A stretch of 64,000 bases of DNA from an uncultured delta proteobacterium (GTDB taxonomy: Bacteria > Desulfobacterota > Binatia > Bin18). A program made the position numbers and the translations under genes. Location: the NCBI GenBank assembly GCA_963733195.1, contig CAVTCR010000059.1, positions 160,001 to 224,000 on the forward strand. Direction: 5' to 3'. Shown in pieces: positions 40,635 through 50,275 of this stretch. Every line of letters starts with the position of its first letter. Within the stretch, counting starts at the first letter, position 1. The notes under the pieces were generated by a model that saw only the letters and a program-made list of their open reading frames with translations, had not been told where the DNA came from and made no database searches.

Positions 40635-41532
40635 ATGGGCAAGCTTGATGGCAAAGTTGCAGCGATTACTGGTTCAGGGCGTGGGATTGGGCGTGGGATT
40701 GCGCTTGTTGATGGCAAAAGAAGGCGCCAAAGTTGTGGTGAACGACCTTGGTGGTAGTGTAGCTGGTGAAGGGACAGACAAAGGTCCGGCTTCACAAGTT
40801 GTTGATGAAATCAAGAAAGGTGGTGGGCAAGCGGTCGCGAACACTGATAACATCGCCACTGTCAAAGGCGGCGAGAGTCTCATTCAGACGGCAATCGACT
40901 CGTTCGGCAAAATCGACATCCTGGTGAACTGCGCCGGAATTCTTCGCGACCGCATGATTTTCAATATGAGTGAGGAAGAGTGGGATGCGGTGATCGCCGT
41001 CCATCTCAAAGGGCATTATTGCACCATTCGCCCAGCATCCGCTGCGATGCGTCAACAGAAGAGTGGGCGTATTATTAATTTTTCGTCTGGTTCAGCACTT
41101 GGTGCACCTGGACAGCCCAACTACGCAGCGGCCAAAGCTGGGATTCTCGGACTTACCTATAGCTGCGCAAATTCTCTTGCGAAGTATGGAATCACCTGCA
41201 ACGCGATTATGCCAGGGGCAGCGACGCGCATGACCGATACGATTCCTGCGAACTTTGCGCAACAGATGGGTCTGTCCACAAGTAGTGAGCAAGCTCAAGC
41301 GAGTCCCATGGACCCAAACAATGTGGCGCCAATTGTCGTCTATCTTGCCAGCGATAAGGCTGCGCACGTGAACGGGCAAGTATTTGGTGCAAGTGGTTAT
41401 CGCATTGCGCTCTACACCCACATTGTCCCCGAGAAGGTGATTTACAGCCAAGGACCGTGGGATCTCGATCATTTGTTTAAGGTGTTTGACAGTACGCTGG
41501 GTTCTCACCTGCAACCGCCGAGGATGCTGTAG
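40635..41532 (+). CDS. Short-chain dehydrogenase/reductase; frameshift near 40700
   Basis: MGKLDGKVAAITGSGRGIG from ATG 40635, then VVVNDLGG, NCAGILRD and YAAAK in the other frame. Confidence 0.88.
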
Positions 41533-41642
41533 TGATGAAGAAATCTTTTGATCCTCAAAGTGTTATGGTATGGTAGGCGTCGGTTAGCTAGGGTCTTCGA
41601 GGATAGTGTAGAGCGAAACGTCCGAGGAATAACACTTTACAT

Positions 41643-41684
41643 AAGGCACGAGAATTGCGAATTTTCCGCCTCGTGCCTTTTTTT
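41643..41684 (+). terminator. Intrinsic terminator-like hairpin upstream of the slyD-like gene, overlapping a sigma54-like motif
   Basis: AAGGCACGAG...CTCGTGCCTT-TTTTT; AGGCACGAGAATTGC has GG-N10-GC spacing. Confidence 0.55.
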
Positions 41685-41705
41685 ATTGGAAAGGAGCAAA
41701 GAGTA

Positions 41706-42298
41706 ATGATTGTAAAAAGAAGAGAGGAAGCGTCGCAGCGTTGTTAGTGGGCGCGAGCCTAGCATGGACATTTGCTACCTCAAGTTGGGCGGAGGACAAG
41801 AAGCCTGCTAGTGGCGTTATTGCGGATGGAAAACAGGTTTCGCTAGAGTTTACCCTCACCCTCGATGACAAAACCCAGGTACAGTCCAACGTTGGCAAAG
41901 AGCCCTTGGTATACACACATGGAGCGCACCAAATCGTCCCAGGGCTTGAGAAGAACCTAGGCGGGTTAAAGGTCGGAGAGACCAAACATGTTGAGGTCAC
42001 TCCCGAAGATGGCTATGGCCCGGTTGATCCACAGCGAACCCAAGAGGTAGAGAAAGACAAGATTCCCGAGGGAGCACGAAAAGTCGGCTCAAAGCTCACC
42101 GGACGTGGACCAAATGGTCAGATGATGTTTGCCGAAGTAAAAGAAGTAAAAGACAAGACCGTGATTCTTGATACGAACCATCCGTTAGCAGGGAAGAAAT
42201 TGATCTTCGATGTGAAAGTGTTGAAGGTTGAAGACGCGCCGAAGGTTGAAGTTCCTGTGACAGCGCCAGCGCCACAAGCGCAACCTGAGAAGAAATAG
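41706..42298 (+). CDS. Exported FKBP-type peptidyl-prolyl isomerase (SlyD-like, no His-rich tail); possible frameshift in the signal peptide
   Basis: IVPGLEKNL, PEDGYG, LDTNHPLAGKKLIFDV; AAGGAG and ATG 41706 are out of frame with ORF 41741..42298. Confidence 0.85.
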
Positions 42299-42328
42299 TT
42301 GACCACGGTTATTCGGGCAACAAAATAA

Positions 42329-42356
42329 CAGGGGTGACCAACTTGGTCGCCCCTTT
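42329..42356. terminator. Hairpin between convergent genes (REP-like)
   Basis: AGGGGTGACCAA-C-TTGGTCGCCCCT. Confidence 0.55.
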
Positions 42357-42381
42357 GTTCTCTACTTATTCGTTCCTGTAT

Positions 42382-42873
42382 TTACCAACCATGATGGTAG
42401 TCATCGTGTTCGCGGTCGAGCTTGCGGTAGTCCTTATTTCGTAGGTCATCAACTTTCTCACGTTTGTGGTCATATTTACGGTCGATTTTATCCAACGATT
42501 TCTGATAGCGCGGATCAGAGGGGTTCCCATCAAACCGCCGCGCTGCCTTTTCTCGCGCTTCTTGCTCTTGCCGGTCTAAGCGCCGCATCCCTTTGTCATA
42601 CTTTCGCTCAGCCTTAGCCGCATCGTGCTCTAGGTCACGGTGGACTTCCCTGTGTGAGCGATTGTCGTAGGAGCCACGGTAATACGGCTCTCGGTTCCCA
42701 TAATAGGGATCGTAGTACCCGCCGCCTCCACCATAATAAGAGTCATAGGCTCGATATGGCGAGCCATATCCATAACCGCGCCCGCCATGTGTCGATCCAC
42801 ACCCGGCGGTAAACAGTGCCGCGCCAAGGATAACTGAAAGGATGACTGACCGGAGTAAATATTTCAAAGCCAT
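42382..42873 (-). CDS. Putative lipoprotein, Tyr/Gly-rich then highly charged
   Basis: Lipobox FTAG-C; AAGGAG RBS. Confidence 0.7.
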   Translation of the reverse strand: MALKYLLRSVILSVILGAALFTAGCGSTHGGRGYGYGSPYRAYDSYYGGGGGYYDPYYGNREPYYRGSYDNRSHREVHRDLEHDAAKAERKYDKGMRRLDRQEQEAREKAARRFDGNPSDPRYQKSLDKIDRKYDHKREKVDDLRNKDYRKLDREHDDYHHGW

Positions 42874-42896
42874 GGTGTACTCCTTTTCTCCTTACT

Positions 42897-43583
42897 ATGG
42901 TAAAGAAACGTAACAGTAGCGAAAAGGACTCGATTGTGGCTGTTCCTGTTTCTGCCAGAAGAGCGTTTAACTTCGCCCACTTGCTGACCAGTCTGCGGTT
43001 AGTGCTTACCCCAGTGTTTCTCGTTATCATCGAAGCTGGACAACGCCAACCTACTCTCCTGAAAGCATTAGCCGTTGTCGTACTCTTTCTGCTGATTTGT
43101 GCAAGCGATTACTACGATGGTCCAGTAGCACGAGCCTTGGGACTCGATTCTGACCTGGGCAAGGTTTTGGATAATCTGGCTGATATCACCTTCCTTTTGG
43201 TAACGTTGACCTATCTTGTTTTGGCAAATGTCGTGCCGTGGTGGATTCCGACGGCAATCGCGCTAGCGTTTGGTCAGTATACAGTGGATTCGTGGTTATT
43301 AGCGGGACGAAAAACCGACGTTGTCCTTGTCTCGAATCCTATCGGCCACTGGGCGGGCATTCTCAACTACATCGGTACCGGTGTGATGGCGCTCCATGCT
43401 GCACTTCAACAGCAGTTGTTACCTCAAGTACTCTTTTACGGGCTTGTGACCGGCTGGCTCGCTTACCTTCTCCTGGCGATGACGATGCGATTGCGCTTCT
43501 TCCTCCGTGCCCGACGAGCACAGGGCAACGTCATAGCAGGTGAGGAGGAGCCGCAGAGTCGACGAAAAGCAGCATGGTTCTAA
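42897..43583 (+). CDS. CDP-alcohol phosphatidyltransferase family protein
   Basis: SDYYDGPVARALGLDSDLGKVLDNLAD signature. Confidence 0.9.
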   Translation: MVKKRNSSEKDSIVAVPVSARRAFNFAHLLTSLRLVLTPVFLVIIEAGQRQPTLLKALAVVVLFLLICASDYYDGPVARALGLDSDLGKVLDNLADITFLLVTLTYLVLANVVPWWIPTAIALAFGQYTVDSWLLAGRKTDVVLVSNPIGHWAGILNYIGTGVMALHAALQQQLLPQVLFYGLVTGWLAYLLLAMTMRLRFFLRARRAQGNVIAGEEEPQSRRKAAWF

Positions 43584-43588
43584 TCTGA

Positions 43589-44647
43589 CTATCCAGCCGC
43601 AGATCCTTGCAATACCTCCCCTTCACGAGCACGGCGAATTTCCGCGAGGCTCACTCCTGCAATCGGGAGTGCGAGTAACCCTTGAGCAACCAACGTGAGA
43701 AATTGCACGGCGTTTAGGACGAGGCCATAGGCAAGGGCATCAACCTCACTGACCCCGAAGAGCCCCAGTGCAAGTTGACAGGCATACTGATAGGGGCCGA
43801 TCATGCCAGGAAGATTTGGTAACGCAGTTCCAAAGCCGACAAAGATAAAGACGACTAATGCCGCACCAAACGGAACAGGAAAGTCAAAGGCTCGGATCAT
43901 GATGTAACTTGAAAGAATAGGTAAGAACCACAGAGTGAGCGAAACCAGAAACACCGAAAGAAGTAACATCGGGTTAGGAATCACCCGCATGCCGTCTGTC
44001 ATTGATGCTAGCACTTTCTTGAGTTTGCCGCCGAACCCTTCAGGTAAAAGGTGAAGCACCCAGCGATCAACAAACGCCTCACCTCGCCACCAGAAGAGCA
44101 AGACAAGGGTTACAAGAATTGTGGCCGCCCCTGCAGGGAACATCGCTCCACGACGAACCCACACCGGTAGATTCTCGACCGTTAACAGGCCGAGCAGAAT
44201 GTAGAAGACGATAATCACTGAGTCCATCGTTTTTTCGAGAACGACATTGCCAACCACACTGGAGAATGACACTCCTGACTTGCGCGACAACAGCCAAGGT
44301 CGAACGATTTCCCCAATCCGAACAGGTAGTAAATTTATTGCCATATAGGCGACAGAGATAATCACCCAGAGGCGGCCGAACGGTACATGTTCGAGCGGTC
44401 GTAATTCCAGTTGCCAGCGCCATGCGCGGAAGACCATGATGAGTAAGCTCACCACGATAGCAACAAGCAGCCAACTGATATTGATACGCTGGAGCGCTGC
44501 TCCTAATTCGTCCAGTTTGACATTGCGAAAGGCAAGGTACAGAAAACCAGCACTCACGAGGAGTGCGATTACGAGATGAGGCAAGCGACGCGTGGCGACT
44601 GTGTCATTCGCGTGCGAAGCATTTGGATTGTCATCTGTCCCTGCCAT
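43589..44647 (-). CDS. Lysylphosphatidylglycerol synthase TM / flippase-like (UPF0104) membrane protein
   Basis: FRAWRW, NLLPVRIGEIVR, EKTMD, PNLPGMIGPY; AGGAGG before ATG 44647. Confidence 0.85.
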   Translation of the reverse strand: MAGTDDNPNASHANDTVATRRLPHLVIALLVSAGFLYLAFRNVKLDELGAALQRINISWLLVAIVVSLLIMVFRAWRWQLELRPLEHVPFGRLWVIISVAYMAINLLPVRIGEIVRPWLLSRKSGVSFSSVVGNVVLEKTMDSVIIVFYILLGLLTVENLPVWVRRGAMFPAGAATILVTLVLLFWWRGEAFVDRWVLHLLPEGFGGKLKKVLASMTDGMRVIPNPMLLLSVFLVSLTLWFLPILSSYIMIRAFDFPVPFGAALVVFIFVGFGTALPNLPGMIGPYQYACQLALGLFGVSEVDALAYGLVLNAVQFLTLVAQGLLALPIAGVSLAEIRRAREGEVLQGSAAG

Positions 44648-44771
44648 GAGACCTCCTGTCCTTATAAGGCGTGATGCTACTCTGACGGAACGATGGCTGC
44701 TCTGCAAGGAGACTATGCAGGGGAGGGCGGCTCTCGCTATAGTGTCTATAGACTCGGTATAAGGAGCGTCT

Positions 44772-45374
44772 ATGCCCCACCTTTCAGGAACCGTAGAATC
44801 GAATGGCGTGGTAAGACTCAACGTACAACGAACTCGATTGACTCCGGAACAATTCACGCTTCTGTGTCAAGAAAACGATGATCTCCGTTTCGAGTTAACC
44901 GCGCAGCAGGAGTTAATTATTATGCCTCCGACTGGGTCAGAAACTGGGCAACGTAGTGGGAAACTTTTCCTTCGCGTCGGCAACTGGGCTGAAGCTGACG
45001 GAACGGGAGTCACTTTTGATTCTTCTACGGGTTTTACCCTACCAAACGGAGCGATTCGTTCCCCTGACGTTTCTTGGATAAAACGAGAGAGATGGGATGC
45101 GCTTCCCAAAGAGCAGCGAGTTGGATTCGCGCCAATTTGTCCTGACTTTGTTGCTGAACTGCGTTCCCCTACGGATCGCTTGTCTGATCTACGAGAGAAA
45201 ATGCAAGAGTATATTGATAACGGCGCGCAGCTTGGTTGGCTGATTGATCCAAGTGATAAGCGTGTCTACGTCTACCGTCCTGGACAATCAATCGACATAT
45301 TGGATGATCCCGCCACACTGAGTGAGGATGCGGTTTTGCCTGGCTTCATACTGCGCATACCGGAGCTGTGGTAA
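44772..45374 (+). CDS. Uma2-family (PD-(D/E)xK) endonuclease-like protein
   Basis: STGFTLPNGAIRSPDVSW, CPDFVAELRSPTD, KMQEYIDNGAQLGWLID. Confidence 0.92.
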   Translation: MPHLSGTVESNGVVRLNVQRTRLTPEQFTLLCQENDDLRFELTAQQELIIMPPTGSETGQRSGKLFLRVGNWAEADGTGVTFDSSTGFTLPNGAIRSPDVSWIKRERWDALPKEQRVGFAPICPDFVAELRSPTDRLSDLREKMQEYIDNGAQLGWLIDPSDKRVYVYRPGQSIDILDDPATLSEDAVLPGFILRIPELW

Positions 45375-45426
45375 GAACGGAGAGAGGCAGAGCGCAAGCG
45401 GCTGCGCCTTGACAACCCTTCGATGA

Positions 45427-46365
<939 letters not shown>

Positions 46366-46427
46366 TCCTTCTCACCCTCTTTCTCCTATGAAGAGGAGAG
46401 AGGACCTTGCGAAAAAGGTATACCTCT

Positions 46428-47255
46428 ATGCCGAAGGGCTCGATTCAACAAGCCTATATTCTTCCTGGACTCCCACATCTGACCTCACAGATTACAGTAG
46501 AAAGCTGGGAAGGCGTGCGACGTGGCTTCCGTCTAGCAGGTGAACACATCCAGAAAGTGAAGCCGGATGTGCTGGTGATCTACAGCACGCAATGGATTTC
46601 TGTACTCGGGCATTCCTTCCAAACCAACCCGAACCCCAAAGGTGTGCATGTTGATGACAACTGGTATGAGTTTGGTGACTTTCCGTTTGATTTCCGGGTA
46701 GACACCGAACTCGGAACACGCGCGGCGGCGGTCGCCTCGTCTCTTGCGCTGGCGACGAAGACGGTGAGTTACGATGGGTTTCCTATCGATACCGGGGTGT
46801 TAGTTGTCCAACGATTTGTGAACCCGCAAAACACAATTCCGGTTGCTATCGTCTCATGTAACATCTATGCCGGGCAGGAAGACTCACTGACACTTGGACG
46901 AGCGGTGCGACAAGCGATTGAGGAAAGTGGAAAACGTGCCGTTGTCATTGCCTGCACCGGATTGTCTGCACGATTTTTTACTGAGGCGATTGATCCACAG
47001 CAGGATCGTTTCTCTCGTGCCGAAGATGACATCTGGAACCGGCGTATTCTGGATCTGATAGGGCAGGGAAAGAATGCGGAGGTTCTCACGCTCAGTGCAG
47101 AATATGCCAAAGCTGCTGTGCCTGATATGGGATTCAAAGCCTTTGCTTGGCTGATGGGAGTACTCGGGGCACCCGCCACTCCAGGAAAACTTTTAGGATA
47201 TGGCCCAGTGTGGGGAACGGGGGCAGCGGTGGTGGAATACACGATAAACACGTAG
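46428..47255 (+). CDS. amnA: 2-aminophenol 1,6-dioxygenase alpha (non-catalytic) subunit-like
   Basis: Paralogous fold lacking the metal-binding His (PGLPH, YSTQW), FPIDTG, YGPVWGTGAAVVE. Confidence 0.8.
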   Translation: MPKGSIQQAYILPGLPHLTSQITVESWEGVRRGFRLAGEHIQKVKPDVLVIYSTQWISVLGHSFQTNPNPKGVHVDDNWYEFGDFPFDFRVDTELGTRAAAVASSLALATKTVSYDGFPIDTGVLVVQRFVNPQNTIPVAIVSCNIYAGQEDSLTLGRAVRQAIEESGKRAVVIACTGLSARFFTEAIDPQQDRFSRAEDDIWNRRILDLIGQGKNAEVLTLSAEYAKAAVPDMGFKAFAWLMGVLGAPATPGKLLGYGPVWGTGAAVVEYTINT

Positions 47256-47290
47256 CACGTGATGCGTCATACGTGATGCGGAACGTAATG
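47247..47290. repeat. Heptamer array (NNNRCGT), left flank of the metE-like gene
   Basis: AACACGT AGCACGT GATGCGT CATACGT GATGCGG. Confidence 0.75.
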
Positions 47291-47304
47291 AAATCAGGAC
47301 GTGT

Positions 47305-48306
47305 ATGATTCGTACAACCGTTATCGGTAGTTGGCCGTTGCCGGAAATGTATCGCGAACGGTTATTACAATACCACCGTGGAACCTTGCCTGAGATGTTG
47401 GTGAAACCCACATTGGCAGGCGCTGCTGAGATTGCCATTCGCGAACAGAAGGCGACCGGAGTTACCCAGTTCATGGGTGGAGAGTTCTTTGCGGAAGTCT
47501 TCATTCAACATCTTCCGCGAAAACTGACTGGGGTAAAGTTGCACAAGCCGCAAGCCTCAGAGCTGAGAGCGTACACTGATGTTGCTGAATACGAGATCAC
47601 CAGTGACATCGATGCACCTCATGGGCTTGGGTATGTAGAAGCGTTTCGACGAGAATCTCAACTTGCTCCAGATTTGCAGAAAGCCTCAATCCCGGGGCCT
47701 TTAGAATTGGTATCGCATTTGCGACCGCTACCAGCAGCAGAAGCGCAGCTTGCCAAGGCCATCGTCATTGTCAATCGTGAAATACGGAACATAGCGGCGA
47801 CAGGTGCGCGAGAAATCCAGCTCGATATCCCATTTATTGCTATTCGCTCAGTTCTTGGACAGCTGACGCCTGAGTTTGCTGTGGACCTCATTGCGCAAAG
47901 CTTTGCTGGTGTTAGCGTTACCAAAACTATCCATTGCTGCTTGGGAGATCTTGGGTCACGATCAGCGATTTCTGTCCATAATTTGCACGCATTGATGCCG
48001 TTCGTGAAACAATTAGCAGGCGTTGTTCATAAGGTGCACCTGGAATGCTCTCATCCTGGTCAATGGGCAGACCGTGCTTGCCTTCGTGATATTCCGAAAG
48101 AACTCGAAGTGATTGCCGGCGTTGTAGATGTCAAGACACCAGTCGAAACGACCGACGAGATTGCCGAACACATCCGTGAAGTGCTGCGGTTCATTGAACC
48201 TGAACGATTATGGATTGCACCATCCTGTGGCTTTGGCCGACGACGAACCACTGATATCGCGGTCGGTAAACTCTCTCGCATGGTTGAAGCCGCGAAGCGG
48301 TTCTAA
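47305..48306 (+). CDS. Cobalamin-independent methionine synthase II family protein (catalytic barrel only, core-MetE-like)
   Basis: TTVIGSWP, EQKATG..GGE, IQLDIP, Zn ligands H-x-C (IHCC), E (HLECS) and C (PSCGF); 333 aa. Confidence 0.82.
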   Translation: MIRTTVIGSWPLPEMYRERLLQYHRGTLPEMLVKPTLAGAAEIAIREQKATGVTQFMGGEFFAEVFIQHLPRKLTGVKLHKPQASELRAYTDVAEYEITSDIDAPHGLGYVEAFRRESQLAPDLQKASIPGPLELVSHLRPLPAAEAQLAKAIVIVNREIRNIAATGAREIQLDIPFIAIRSVLGQLTPEFAVDLIAQSFAGVSVTKTIHCCLGDLGSRSAISVHNLHALMPFVKQLAGVVHKVHLECSHPGQWADRACLRDIPKELEVIAGVVDVKTPVETTDEIAEHIREVLRFIEPERLWIAPSCGFGRRRTTDIAVGKLSRMVEAAKRF

Positions 48307-48388
48307 AACGCATAACGTAAAACACAAGGGGAGGGGTGATTACGCATTACGTTTTACGTGTTACGTGGTGCGTGCTACGTGTTACACA
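48305..48388. repeat. Inverted heptamer arrays (NNNRCGY), right flank of the metE-like gene
   Basis: AAAACGC ATAACGT AAAACAC...ATTACGC ATTACGT TTTACGT GTTACGT GGTGCGT GCTACGT GTTACAC. Confidence 0.8.
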
Positions 48389-48425
48389 CTAAACCTTTAG
48401 TCCTTGTTGGAAAGGAATTCCACGC

Positions 48426-50099
48426 ATGAGCCGTGACCAAAATTTGGCCGTTGCACAGTCAACGGAGCTGAAACCGATCGAAGACATTGCTGCCCGTCTG
48501 TCTCTTCCTGCTGAATATCTCGAACCATATGGACGAGTAAAAGCCAAGATCGCGCTTGAGGCCTTTTCTACGGCATCTAACCGACCAACTGGAAAACTCA
48601 TTCTTGTTTCCGCTATCAATCCGACTCCAGCAGGCGAAGGCAAAACGACGACGACTATCGGTTTGGGCCAAGCCCTAGCGCAGTTGGGAAAAAAGGCGAC
48701 GGTTGCCGTGCGTGAGCCGTCGATGGGGCCAGTGTTTGGTGTCAAAGGTGGGGGCTGTGGTGGTGGCCGCTCGCAAGTCCTACCGATGGAGGACATTAAC
48801 CTTCACTTCACTGGTGATATGCATGCGGTGACCTCGGCGCATAATCTCCTTTCCGCCATGCTCGATAACGCACTGTTCCATGGCCAGGTTGATCTTGATG
48901 TGCGTCGGGTTCGTTGGCGGCGTGTGATGGATATGAACGACCGGGCCCTACGGCAGATCACTATTGGTTTGGGCGGAGCGCTCATGGGGGTGCCACGAGA
49001 AGACGGGTTCGACATTACCGCTGCTTCCGAAGTGATGGCGATTCTCTGTCTCACAAATGGGCCGGTAGACCTGATCGAGCGGCTCTCACGCATTGTGATT
49101 GGTTTTTCTAGTAAGGGGAATGCGGTCACTGCTCGCGATGTGCAAGCTGCTGACTCGATGGCGATTATTCTTAAAGACGCACTGAAGCCAAACCTGGTAC
49201 AGACCGTTGAAGGTGTTCCCGCCTTTGTCCATGGCGGGCCTTTTGGGAACATTGCGCATGGCTGCAATAGCATTATCGCCACGCGTTTGGCCTTGAGTTA
49301 TGCTGACTACGTTGTTACTGAAGCCGGTTTCGGGTTCGATCTTGGTGGGGAAAAATTCTTCGATATTAAGTGTCGTGCTGCGAACTTATGGCCATCAGCC
49401 GTCGTCCTTGTGGCGACAGTCAAAGCCCTCAAGATGCACGGCGGTACCCCGGTCAGCGACGTGAACAAGCCTGATCTCAAGACACTAAAACTTGGCATGG
49501 GTAATCTCGCCAAACACGCGGAAAGCGTCCGCGAATTCGGTGTCCAGCCAATCGTCGCTATCAATCGCTTTGCCATAGATACGGAAGATGAACTGAAGCT
49601 TGTCGTTGAAGAATGTCGAGCGCTTGGTTTAGAAGCCCGCGTGATCGATGTCTTCGGGCATGGTGGTGAAGGTGGCCTGCCGCTCGCCGAAGCAGTGGTA
49701 GAAGTCTGCAAAGGAGCGACACCAACTCCGAAGTTCCTTTATCCGCTCGAAGCCTCTATCGAAGATAAAATTCGTACAATTGCCCAGAAGATTTATGGCG
49801 CTGCAGATATTGCCCTCCTCCCACGTGCACGTACTGACCTCGACCGGATTAACGCCCTGGGCTACAGCAAAGTACCGATCTGCATGGCCAAGACACAGAT
49901 GTCACTTTCTGACGACCCCAAGCTGTATGGCCGTCCGCGTGATTTCACTCTCACTGTCCGTGAAATTCGCCTCTCGGCTGGAGCCGGTTTCTGTGTCCCG
50001 CTGACGGGAGAAATGCTCACGATGCCCGGCCTTGCGGCAAAACCAGCAGCGTTCGGTATGCGGATGGATGCGGATGGAAAGATTTCTGGGATGTTTTGA
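48426..50099 (+). CDS. fhs: Formate-tetrahydrofolate ligase
   Basis: PTPAGEGKTT, GVKGGGCGGG, HFTGD, HGGPFGNIAHG, CMAKTQ.SLSD. Confidence 0.96.
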   Translation: MSRDQNLAVAQSTELKPIEDIAARLSLPAEYLEPYGRVKAKIALEAFSTASNRPTGKLILVSAINPTPAGEGKTTTTIGLGQALAQLGKKATVAVREPSMGPVFGVKGGGCGGGRSQVLPMEDINLHFTGDMHAVTSAHNLLSAMLDNALFHGQVDLDVRRVRWRRVMDMNDRALRQITIGLGGALMGVPREDGFDITAASEVMAILCLTNGPVDLIERLSRIVIGFSSKGNAVTARDVQAADSMAIILKDALKPNLVQTVEGVPAFVHGGPFGNIAHGCNSIIATRLALSYADYVVTEAGFGFDLGGEKFFDIKCRAANLWPSAVVLVATVKALKMHGGTPVSDVNKPDLKTLKLGMGNLAKHAESVREFGVQPIVAINRFAIDTEDELKLVVEECRALGLEARVIDVFGHGGEGGLPLAEAVVEVCKGATPTPKFLYPLEASIEDKIRTIAQKIYGAADIALLPRARTDLDRINALGYSKVPICMAKTQMSLSDDPKLYGRPRDFTLTVREIRLSAGAGFCVPLTGEMLTMPGLAAKPAAFGMRMDADGKISGMF

Positions 50100-50275
50100 C
50101 CTCAGCTAGTTTGCCGGAAACGCTTTGGTTTTCTCCCGGTCTGCCGTTTCCCCGAGGGAATCCTGGATTTTGTCATGCATCCGATATAAATACTGTGTTG
50201 ACACTTACCTTTGCTTTGTGGCATGGTTGCCTAAATAACTTGAATGAATGTTCAATTTTTTAAGGAGGGTCACAC

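Noticed and set aside
29322-45374. 3'-5' exonuclease, nucleotidyltransferase/kinase and Uma2 as an anti-phage system
   Set aside because: The genes are dispersed. The kinase-nucleotidyltransferase pair fits AmgK/MurU peptidoglycan recycling, and solo Uma2 genes are common.
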